DNA of 64,000 nt from an uncultured Gemmatimonadaceae bacterium (GTDB lineage: Bacteria > Gemmatimonadota > Gemmatimonadetes > Gemmatimonadales > Gemmatimonadaceae): the NCBI GenBank assembly GCA_963843845.1, contig CAWJMB010000002.1:672001-736000 (forward strand), in the 5' to 3' direction. The notes under the pieces are model-generated. The model was not told the DNA's origin. It worked only from the letters and a program-made list of their open reading frames with translations, and made no database searches. This document shows, in pieces, positions 38,416 through 47,737 of this stretch. Each line of letters opens with the position of its first letter. Position 1 is the first letter of the stretch. The position numbers and the translations under genes are program-made.

Positions 38416-39183
38416 CTACCGGGCGCCGACCGACAGGCCGAGGTGCCAGGTGATCAGGTCCGCGCGGCTGCGGAGGACGTCGAGCCGCACGGTGCCGTCG
38501 GGCAGGTCGCGGATGCCGCCTTCGCGCAGGTAGCGGACGCTGCGGCCGTTGTCGTGGTACTGCGCCCCGAGATCGAGGAACACGAGCGAGCGCGCGGTCC
38601 GCCGGACCGGCACGAGCACGCCGGCGCCGCCGCTCCACGAGAGCTGCGCATCATCGTAGTTCGTGCGCTCGGCGAACGATTCTCGATCGCTCCGCCCCCG
38701 CACCGACGACGTCGTGGCGAAGTACGAGAGGCCAGCGGTGCCGTGGGCGTAGGGCCGCACCGGCCCGCGCGGCGCCACGAGCTGCGGGCCGACGCCGAGC
38801 CAGACGATGTTGTTGGTCGTCGTGAGGTCGAGCGGCACGCGGCTGCCCCCCGGCGCGCCGCTCAGCGGGACACGAAGCGTCTCGTGCCCGTAGTTCAGCA
38901 AGCCGCCGTCGAGGCGCACGGCGAACGCTCCCACGCGGCCGACACGGTACATGCCATGGCCTATGACGCCGTAGCCGTCGTTCACGGATCGGCGGAACGC
39001 GCCGCGCGGCTGGCCGATGGCGATGGCGAGCCCGCCCTGCAGGCGTGGCTCGCCGCCGGCGGTGGCGGAGGAGAGGCGGTGACCGCTGCCGCGAGCGTCC
39101 TGGGCCGGGGCGGTCGTCGAGCTGAGGAGCAGCGCGGCGAGTGGGCAGAGTGCGCCAGTCACGGTTCGGATCGAGGTCGACAT
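38416..39183 (-). CDS. Outer-membrane beta-barrel protein
   Basis: Signal peptide; VRPYAHGTAGLSYF, WSGGAG, C-terminal WHLGLSVG. Confidence 0.7.
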   Translation of the reverse strand: MSTSIRTVTGALCPLAALLLSSTTAPAQDARGSGHRLSSATAGGEPRLQGGLAIAIGQPRGAFRRSVNDGYGVIGHGMYRVGRVGAFAVRLDGGLLNYGHETLRVPLSGAPGGSRVPLDLTTTNNIVWLGVGPQLVAPRGPVRPYAHGTAGLSYFATTSSVRGRSDRESFAERTNYDDAQLSWSGGAGVLVPVRRTARSLVFLDLGAQYHDNGRSVRYLREGGIRDLPDGTVRLDVLRSRADLITWHLGLSVGAR

Positions 39184-39251
39184 GGGTGGGGTCGCGTGAG
39201 GGTGAGTGGCGACGCGAGGTGCCGGCGTCAGCCCGTGATGCGAGGGTTGGG

Positions 39252-40532
39252 TCAGCGGGATGTTGCCGGGCGCCTGACGGGTGCGTGCCGCACCGCTGTC
39301 CGGGCGACCGGCGGCGCGGAGAGGGTGCGCAGAAACGCTTCGATCTGCGCCCGCTCGCGTGGCGAGAGCCGCAGCGCCCGCAACTCGCTGTGCCCAGCCG
39401 GCGCGGCGGGCGCGCGATCGTAATGCGCGACCACGGCGGCGAGGGTAGCGATCTGCCCGGCGTGCATGTACGGCGCCCTGTCGGCGACCCCGCGCAGCGA
39501 CGGGGTCTTGTACGCCCGCACGAGCTCCTCGCCCTCCGTCGCCGCGAACTGCAGCTCGGCGCACTCGTCCGCCGTCGCGTCGCTGTAGCGGCTCGTGCAG
39601 GCGAACTCCCCCGCGAGCGCCTGGCGTACGCCCACCACGCGCCCGCTGTCATAGGGGAGCGCCACGGCGGGGAGCGGGACGCCGGTGTTGTGGAAGTGGT
39701 CGTCGGTGAGGCGCGGGCCGTTGTGACAGTTCACACAGCTCCCCTGCCCGATGAAGAGGCGCAGCCCCGCGACCTCGTCGTCGCTCAGCGTCGACGCCGC
39801 AGTGTGCGTGCGTCCGGCGAGCTCGTCATCCACGTACCGATCGAAGCGGGTCGGCGCGAATGCGACCCGCCGCTCGTAGGCCGCGATTGCCTTGCCGATG
39901 TTCGCGTACACGCGGCTGATGTCCTCCTGGCGGGAGGGCGGGATGCGTCCCCACGCCGCACGCCATGCGCTGTCGGCCACCGGGCCGGCGCGGTCGGGCA
40001 GGCCGCCCAGCTCCGGCAGCGGGCCGAACACCGCCTCGTACACCGTGCGGTAGTGCCGCGCGATCTCGTGGGCGTACTGCGTTCGGCTGCCGCCGTGCTC
40101 TACCGCGTTCTCCAGCGGGCCCAACGCCTGCGCCCACTGGCTGTCGGCGCGGCCGTCCCAGAAGAACCACGCGCCGTGCGCCGTCCCAGCGACGGGCATG
40201 GTGCGCCGCGCGGTCGTGCCGACGCCGCGCGCGAGGGGAATGCCGTCCTGAAACGCCTTCTCAGGGTCGTGACAGGTAGCGCACGAGACCGCGCCGGCGC
40301 CGCTCAGCCGCGTGTCGAAGAAGAGCGCCTGGCCGAGCGCGGCGGCGCCCGGGTCGTCCGCGACGTGGTTCGATGGGTCGGGCGACAGCGGGCCGAGGCT
40401 CGTGAGCGATAGCGACCGCAGCAGCGCACGCTCCTCGCCAGACCAGCGCGACGGCCGGGTCGACGCCACGGCAGCGACGGCCGACAGCGGGAGCAGGAGC
40501 ACGAGCGCGACGCGGAGCGATCTGCGCGACAT
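39252..40532 (-). CDS. Di-heme cytochrome c peroxidase (MauG/CcpA superfamily)
   Basis: LFFDTRLS, CATCH, FWDGRA, CVNCH, KTPSLR, PYMHAG. Confidence 0.9.
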   Translation of the reverse strand: MSRRSLRVALVLLLPLSAVAAVASTRPSRWSGEERALLRSLSLTSLGPLSPDPSNHVADDPGAAALGQALFFDTRLSGAGAVSCATCHDPEKAFQDGIPLARGVGTTARRTMPVAGTAHGAWFFWDGRADSQWAQALGPLENAVEHGGSRTQYAHEIARHYRTVYEAVFGPLPELGGLPDRAGPVADSAWRAAWGRIPPSRQEDISRVYANIGKAIAAYERRVAFAPTRFDRYVDDELAGRTHTAASTLSDDEVAGLRLFIGQGSCVNCHNGPRLTDDHFHNTGVPLPAVALPYDSGRVVGVRQALAGEFACTSRYSDATADECAELQFAATEGEELVRAYKTPSLRGVADRAPYMHAGQIATLAAVVAHYDRAPAAPAGHSELRALRLSPRERAQIEAFLRTLSAPPVARTAVRHAPVRRPATSR

Positions 40533-40543
40533 GAGAGGCTCCG

Positions 40544-41008
40544 TCAGAGCTTGACGTTGAACACGACGGAGTCGCGCCCCGGCACGGCGGACACACGGAA
40601 CTTCACCACCCACCATCCGCCCATGTTGAATTTCATCCCCTCCACGAGGTGGTCGCCGTTCCCCAGGGCGCGGGTGACGCGGGGCCTCGTGGGCAGGCCG
40701 TGCCCGTGCTGCGGCATGCCGCCGTCGACCGTGACGACCGCGCTGTCGACGGGCGCGCCACTGGCGGTCTCGAGGTGCAGCGTCCACCGCTGGAGGCTGC
40801 CCTGCGGGATGCTGTCGCCCTGCGGGTGGATGGTGGCGCGGTAGGCGCCCCCCTCACTCGCGCGTGTGCGCGAGTAGTCGAGGTCCTGCGGCGTCCGCGC
40901 GAGCAGCATACAGCCGGTGAGCAGGGCGGCGGCGCTCGCCGCGGTGAGCGCGGTCGCAGAACGGACGGGCGACGGGCGACGGGCGGAGGAGGCGACGGTG
41001 GAGCGCAT
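40544..41008 (-). CDS. YtkA/FixH-like lipoprotein
   Basis: Lipobox LLTGC; DGGMPQHGHGLP; FNMGGWW. Confidence 0.8.
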   Translation of the reverse strand: MRSTVASSARRPSPVRSATALTAASAAALLTGCMLLARTPQDLDYSRTRASEGGAYRATIHPQGDSIPQGSLQRWTLHLETASGAPVDSAVVTVDGGMPQHGHGLPTRPRVTRALGNGDHLVEGMKFNMGGWWVVKFRVSAVPGRDSVVFNVKL

Positions 41009-41103
41009 GATGACCTCGCTGCGGGATGATCGGGACGTGAGCGCGACAGATCGCGACGTGCGATGCACGCGGCCCCAGAGTACGCGCGGCGGGGGACTGC
41101 CCA

Positions 41104-41140
41104 CTTGAACGGAACGGCTAGGCCGTTGAACGAAAGGGCT
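41104..41140 (-). promoter_or_regulatory. Tandem 16-bp boxes 21 bp apart (putative AraC sites)
   Basis: AGCCCTTTCGTTCAAC and AGCCGTTCCGTTCAAG on the minus strand; TACTCT (-10-like) follows the second after 21 nt. Confidence 0.7.
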
Positions 41141-41281
41141 GAATCGGTGGGCAGCGCCGACCGTCGCCACCTGTCGCGCGCCGTCGGCGATCGACGACCG
41201 CTGCGTCTCGCGCTCAGCCGGCGCGGCCGCGGTCCGGGAGGCAGGTCCGTCGCGCAGTGGCGGCGGCCGTCGGCGTCGGTC

Positions 41282-42130
41282 TCACGGTACGCCGGTCGGC
41301 CGCGCCGCGACTGAACGCAGCGGCTGTGCGCGTGGCGCCGCCGCATCCGGGTCGCCGCGCAGCGGTCCGAGCATCTGCAGTGCGGACGGCGGGATGCCGA
41401 ACAGTCTGCGCGAGGTACGCGTGAGGTGCGCCGCGTCGGCGAAGCCGGCCGCGTGCGCCGCGGCGGAGATCGACTCGCCGGCCATCAGCAACTCCCACAC
41501 GTGGATGAACCGACGCCACAGGATGTACGGCCGGAGCGCCATGCCGGTCTCCTCGACGAACAGGTGCCGGAACCGGCTCGGCGACAGGCACGCCTCGCTC
41601 GCGATCACGTCGAGCGTGAGCGGCGCATCGAGGCGCGCCCGGATGTACGCGACCGCGCGCAGGATGCGCTCGTCCGAGACGACCGACGACACCACGCCGC
41701 CGGTGAGCGCGCGGACGACGTCCTGTGCCGCGGCCGCCACGGCAGCGCTGCTCCGTCGTTCGCGCCAGGCCGCGAACAGCGCTGGGCCGGTCTCGTCGAG
41801 CACGGTGTCCGGCAGGGCCGAGATCCCGCCCCGATGGTACCGCTCGGCGAGCGCACGTCCCTCGCGCGTCTCCGGTTCGATGAGCAGGACCGCGCTGTGC
41901 GGCCCACGCGTGGCGTCCATCGCGTGCGGCTGCCGGGACGGTACGAGGGCGGCGCCGTACGCCGTCCACTCCGCCTCGTCGCCCGAACGGAAGCGGATCC
42001 CCGGCTCCGAGCAGAACGCGACCTGGATGGCGTAGTGCGCGTGCGGTGCCATGGCGCCGTGCGCCTGGCCGATGAGGAGGCAGCCGCCGTTCCACGACAC
42101 GAAGTGCCCGACTCCCGCACGGTTGTTCAC
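41282..42130 (-). CDS. AraC family transcriptional regulator
   Basis: HAHYAIQ cupin-like sensor; LSPSRFRHLF, AGFADAAHLTR. Confidence 0.92.
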   Translation of the reverse strand: MNNRAGVGHFVSWNGGCLLIGQAHGAMAPHAHYAIQVAFCSEPGIRFRSGDEAEWTAYGAALVPSRQPHAMDATRGPHSAVLLIEPETREGRALAERYHRGGISALPDTVLDETGPALFAAWRERRSSAAVAAAAQDVVRALTGGVVSSVVSDERILRAVAYIRARLDAPLTLDVIASEACLSPSRFRHLFVEETGMALRPYILWRRFIHVWELLMAGESISAAAHAAGFADAAHLTRTSRRLFGIPPSALQMLGPLRGDPDAAAPRAQPLRSVAARPTGVP

Positions 42131-42333
42131 GGCGTGTGCGTCATTCGGTGCACGAGGATCGCGAGCGGGATGTGGTGCGCTGCCGACGCCCAGAAGCGCG
42201 CCGCCGCGACGGCGAGCCCGGACTCGAGCCCCGACGTCACCCCGGCGCCCGTGCTCCGATCGCGGTCGTACGGCCCCGCGAGGTCGATGTGGGTCAGGCC
42301 GTCGGATAGCACCATGGCAACGGAGAGCGGCAT
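42127..42333 (-). pseudogene. Internally deleted DJ-1/PfpI (isonitrile hydratase-like) gene
   Basis: N-terminal VAMVLSDGLTHIDLAGPYD fused to late motif DRSTGAGVTSGLESGLAVAA; the catalytic Cys region is missing. Confidence 0.6.
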
Positions 42334-42400
42334 CCGCGGAGCGCCGGATGCACGGTGAACGGATGACACGCGTGAAGATCGGGCGCCACGCGGCCCCGCT

Positions 42401-43549
42401 CTAGCACCGACCCCGCATTCTGGAACGGACCGCCTGGCCGCCCTCGAGCGTCAGCGAGGCCGATCGCCGCGCGACCTCGTCGGCGACGAACGCGGCGTCC
42501 GCGCCGACGCCGCCGAGCAGGGCGGAGGTCATGCGGTGCTGGAAGCGGAGCCCCACGAAGTAGAGCCCCGGCGCGTCGGCGACCACGCCGCGGTGGTGGC
42601 GCGGCCGGCCGGTGTCGTCGAACACCGGCAGGGCGATCCAGCCGTAGTCTGCCGTGTAGCCGGTGCACCAGACCACCACGCGCGGCGACAGCACCTCGCC
42701 CTCGCACACCGGGAGCCCGCCGCGCGCGTCCGTCACGCGTCCAACTCGGCCGACGCCCGCCGCGACGAGCGCCGCGAGCGACTGGCCGACGAGCGGGTCG
42801 CCGCCGCGCGCGCGGGCGTCGAGCCGTCGGCCGAGCGCCGTGTCGAGCGTGAGGCGCTGCGCGAGCGGCCACGTCCACGCGTAGAGGTCGCGGCCGAGGA
42901 CGCGTCGCGGAAAGCGTCGCGTCGTCCGACCGGCGAGCCACACCTTGCGGAACCGCGCGAGCTCGAGCGCGATCTGCGCGCCGGAGTTGCCGGCCCCCAC
43001 GACGAGGGTGGGGCCCTCCGGCAGAGCGAAGGGGCCGCGGTAGGCGCTGGAGTGGAGCTGGTGGATGGCGGGGGCGAGGCGCGCGGCGGCCGCGGGCACC
43101 ATCGGTCGCTGGAACGGGCCCGTCGTCACGACGACGTTATCCGCCTCGAACCGGCGATCGGCCGTGTGCAGCACGTAGCGGGTCCCGTCGGTCGTCAACG
43201 CCTCGACGCGCGTGCCCGAGTGCACCGGCAGGTCGAACCGCTCCGCGTACCGCACGAGGTAGTCGGCCACCTCGTCCTTGTCCGGCAGGTGTGTGGGCGC
43301 GGCGGGAAACGGCATCCCCGGCAGCCCGCTGTAGGCCGCAGGGGTGAGCAGCCGGAGCGAGTCCCACCGCCCACGCCAGCTGTCGCCGATCCGCGGCTCG
43401 GCGTCGAGGATCGCGAAATCGAGATCGCGTGCGGCGAGGTGGTAGCCGACGGCGAGGCCAGCCTGCCCGCCCCCGACCACGAGGGTGTCATAGCGCTCCA
43501 CCCGGCCGGTCGGTCCGTCGGCCGTCGCGAGATTGGATAGTGTGGTCAT
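42401..43549 (-). CDS. Flavin-containing monooxygenase-like oxidoreductase (CzcO/ArsO-like)
   Basis: VVGGGQAGL, WDSLRL, LHSSAY, VVGAGNSGAQI, WCTGY. Confidence 0.88.
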   Translation of the reverse strand: MTTLSNLATADGPTGRVERYDTLVVGGGQAGLAVGYHLAARDLDFAILDAEPRIGDSWRGRWDSLRLLTPAAYSGLPGMPFPAAPTHLPDKDEVADYLVRYAERFDLPVHSGTRVEALTTDGTRYVLHTADRRFEADNVVVTTGPFQRPMVPAAAARLAPAIHQLHSSAYRGPFALPEGPTLVVGAGNSGAQIALELARFRKVWLAGRTTRRFPRRVLGRDLYAWTWPLAQRLTLDTALGRRLDARARGGDPLVGQSLAALVAAGVGRVGRVTDARGGLPVCEGEVLSPRVVVWCTGYTADYGWIALPVFDDTGRPRHHRGVVADAPGLYFVGLRFQHRMTSALLGGVGADAAFVADEVARRSASLTLEGGQAVRSRMRGRC

Positions 43550-44010
43550 GCGACGATCCCTCGGGCGAGTGCCGGCGCGGTCCTGGCAGGGCGGCCGGGG
43601 GCCATGACTGCGCGGGCCCGAACGAGGATGCCGACGGCGATCGCGCCCGCCACGAGCGGATCCCAGGTCAGGCACGCTGTGGCGAAGGCGATCGGCCCGG
43701 GCGCAGGGTCGGGGCCGACCAGATGCAATGCGACGTCCCACGCGGGGTGCAGCCCCCAGCCGGTGACGAGCCACCACGGGGAGCCGCGCAGCCCGCGGAG
43801 CGCCATCGCGGCGTAGAGCGCCACGCCGGCCAGTTCCACCGCGAGCCGCTGCGGGGGCGCGTGCGCGGTCGCGGCGAAGTACACGTAGCAGAGGGCGGTC
43901 ACGATCAGGCCGCGGGCGAGGATCCTCCGCGTGTGGCGGGGGAACGCGAACGCGACGCCCACGAAGCCGCCGCCGCCGAGGGCGCCGGCGATCAGCAGGG
44001 TAGTGTTCAT
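43546..44010 (-). CDS. Small membrane protein (DUF6010-like)
   Basis: Several TM segments; YVYFA, VE, GWGLHPAWD..H, ACLTWD; ATGA-coupled to the monooxygenase. Confidence 0.65.
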   Translation of the reverse strand: MNTTLLIAGALGGGGFVGVAFAFPRHTRRILARGLIVTALCYVYFAATAHAPPQRLAVELAGVALYAAMALRGLRGSPWWLVTGWGLHPAWDVALHLVGPDPAPGPIAFATACLTWDPLVAGAIAVGILVRARAVMAPGRPARTAPALARGIVA

Positions 44011-44073
44011 CGGGGTCACTGGAGCGGGGAGAAGGTGGGGCATGTCGGGCGACGGCGGGAGCCCGGGCGGACG

Positions 44074-44730
44074 TCAGGCGGCGCAGCCGGAGGTCGGGAC
44101 CTGGTAGTCGCAGCGGCAGCGGTCGGGCGCGCACGACATGCTGCCGCGTTCGGCGCGCACGCAGCGCCAGCACTGGGCGAGGGGGTCCACCGCCTCGGGT
44201 AGCCCGAGCACACGCGACGCGACCCGCCCGCCGCCGGGTACCAGCCCGCGGAGCGCCGGCCGCCCCGTGCCGTCGAACGAGAGCTCGGCCAGCGCGACGA
44301 AGCCCGCCTTCCGGATGCCGGCCCCGGAGGCGTGGTTCTCCGGCGCGTAGGCGATCCAGAACCGCTCCGCCTCGCGCGACTCCGCGCGCACGATGGCGTC
44401 GAGCAATCGCGGATAGATGCCGAGCCCCCGGTGCGCGGCGAGCGTGACGAAGTTCCACAGGTATCGTTCCCCCGCCGGGATCGCGAACGAGGAGCCGAGT
44501 TCCCCGATCGCCGCCGTGTGCGTGGCGACCCAGCCCCACGCGGCGGCGACGCCGTCGCGGCAGGCGAGGTACGCGCGATGGCCCTGCGCGATGCGGCGCG
44601 CGATCTCCTCGTCCTCACGCCCCTGCAGCCGCGCCATGACGGCGACGTCGGGCTCGCGGCGGACGACGAGTCCTGGCAGAACGTCCATCGGTGGGCATGG
44701 GTCACTGCGGTGGCGGGCGGCGAAGGGCAT
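44074..44730 (-). CDS. GNAT family acetyltransferase with Cys-rich C-terminus
   Basis: LWNFVTLAAHRGLGIY, ENHAS..IRKAGF; tail CWRC..C..CRC..C. Confidence 0.8.
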   Translation of the reverse strand: MPFAARHRSDPCPPMDVLPGLVVRREPDVAVMARLQGREDEEIARRIAQGHRAYLACRDGVAAAWGWVATHTAAIGELGSSFAIPAGERYLWNFVTLAAHRGLGIYPRLLDAIVRAESREAERFWIAYAPENHASGAGIRKAGFVALAELSFDGTGRPALRGLVPGGGRVASRVLGLPEAVDPLAQCWRCVRAERGSMSCAPDRCRCDYQVPTSGCAA

Positions 44731-44813
44731 GGCGGTGTCCTCGGAACGCGGTGCGCGGGGCGTGGTCGTCTCGGTGCGGCGCGAGGATGCTATGGCTGGT
44801 CGAGGGGTCCCGG

Positions 44814-44829
44814 CTTGAACGGAGCGGCT
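44814..44829 (-). promoter_or_regulatory. 16-bp box matching the putative AraC sites
   Basis: AGCCGCTCCGTTCAAG followed after 21 nt by TAGCAT. Confidence 0.7.
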
Positions 44830-44899
44830 GACGTACCGTGCCCGACGCCGTATGACCGCACCACCACGACGGGGCCCGACCTGCCACGCGCGTGGTGCT

Positions 44900-45104
44900 C
44901 GAACGGCGCCGGGTTCGGAGGAGGCTCGGCCGCTTCCTCGTACTCGGCCGGCGGACGCTCGCCGAGCGGCTCGAGCCGGCGCCGCCGGTTGAACCAGGCG
45001 ACCCACGCGAGCGTCGCGTTCACGTCATCGACGTCATCGACGTCATCGACGTCATCGACGTCATCGACGTCATCGACGTCATCGACGCCGCGCCGCCGCG
45101 CCAC
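44900..45104 (-). mobile_element. IS3-family transposase 3' remnant with terminal repeat
   Basis: GVDDV..ATLAWVAWFNRRRRLEPLGERPPAEYE; degenerate IR CGAACGGCGCCGGGTTCGGAGGAGGC at 44900-44925. Confidence 0.75.
45022..45087. repeat. 9-bp tandem repeat (ACGTCATCG)x7
   Basis: Read directly; lies inside the IS3 remnant. Confidence 0.92.
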
Positions 45105-45195
45105 GGGCCGCGCCGGTTCGGGCCGCCGCGCGGTCGCGTGTCGGGCGTGCGGACGGTGCCTCGGCGCAACGCGGCGCGGAGGCGATGCGGGCGCG

Positions 45196-45237
45196 TTGAC
45201 ACGCCGCGCAGCATCCTTTATTCTACCGTTCAGTTGA
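45196..45237 (+). promoter_or_regulatory. Sigma70 promoter with putative ArsR operator
   Basis: TTGACA-N17-TATTCT; ATT-N6-TTCAGTTGA is shared with the arsR promoter. Confidence 0.75.
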
Positions 45238-45260
45238 TGAGTTCACTTCTCTCACGGCCC

Positions 45261-45905
45261 ATGATGCAAACGACGCTGTCCCCAGCGCTCACCCCCGCCG
45301 AGCTGGCGCGCCTGCTCCGTGAGCGGCCCGAGGCTCGGCTGCTCGACGTCCGGACGCCGGGCGAGTTCGAGGCCGAGCACATCGCGGGTGCTTACAACGT
45401 TCCGCTCGACACGCTCGACGAGCACGCCGCGGAGATCCGCGCCGGCGTCGCCGAGCCCGTCGTCCTCGTCTGCCGCTCGGGCCAGCGCGCCCGAAAGGCC
45501 GAGGCGGCGCTGCTGGCGGTCGGGATGACGAATCTGCGCGTGCTCGATGGCGGCCTGACTGCCTGGGCGGCGGCCGGCCAGCCCGTGCGCCGCGGCGAGC
45601 CCCGGATGTCGCTCGAGCGCCAGGTGCGCATCGCCGCCGGCGCGCTCGCCGCCACGGGCGGGTTTCTCGCGCTGTTCGTGAACCCGCTCTTCGCCGCGAT
45701 CCCCGCGTTCGTCGGCTCGGGGCTCGTGTTCGCCGGCGTGACCGACACCTGCGCGATGGGGCTGCTGATCGCCAGGCTTCCGTACAACCGGCCGGCGGGG
45801 GGCGACGTGCCGGCGACGGTGCGGGCGCTGGCCACCGGTGCCGCTCTCACGGGGACGCGCCCCGCGCGCGGGGTCTCTGCGGCCGACGTCTCCTGCGCCA
45901 CCTGA
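45261..45905 (+). CDS. Rhodanese + DUF2892 membrane sulfurtransferase (YgaP-like)
   Basis: LDVRTPGEF..HI, CRSGQR, MSLERQVRI, GVTDTCAM..LPYN. Confidence 0.9.
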   Translation: MMQTTLSPALTPAELARLLRERPEARLLDVRTPGEFEAEHIAGAYNVPLDTLDEHAAEIRAGVAEPVVLVCRSGQRARKAEAALLAVGMTNLRVLDGGLTAWAAAGQPVRRGEPRMSLERQVRIAAGALAATGGFLALFVNPLFAAIPAFVGSGLVFAGVTDTCAMGLLIARLPYNRPAGGDVPATVRALATGAALTGTRPARGVSAADVSCAT

Positions 45906-45915
45906 GGATCGGCCG

Positions 45916-46113
45916 GTGCTTCCCCTCGGCCTCGCCCTCGCGGCGTCGATCGGGCTCGCGCTCGGACTGCTGGGCGGCGGCGGATCGATCCTCACCGTGC
46001 CGGTGCTGGGCTACGTGCTCGGCTACGCGGCCAAGCCGGCCATCGCCATGAGCCTGCCGGTCGTCGGCATCACGAGCCTCGTCGGCGCCGCAGCCACGAC
46101 TCACGCCGGCTGA
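45916..46113 (+). pseudogene. Truncated or internally deleted TauE/SafE sulfite exporter
   Basis: LGLLGGGGSILTVP..AIAMSL then a stop at 65 aa. Confidence 0.8.
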
Positions 46114-46192
46114 GGGCGAAGCCGCTCCCACGACGAGCACCCGCAGTCCCGCCTCCGGCCCGCACGTCCTCACTCTCCCGAGGTTCCGACCG

Positions 46193-47683
<1,491 letters not shown>

Positions 47684-47737
47684 TTGCTCGCGCGCGATGG
47701 GTGACCGCGTGGTGGCGACCTTGCACTACGCGGGACC

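Noticed and set aside
44801..44829. GAGGGGTCCCGGCTTGAACGGAG as a second IS3 terminal repeat
   Set aside because: Better explained as the 16-bp promoter box, which has the same 21-nt spacing to a -10 element as the copy at 41104.
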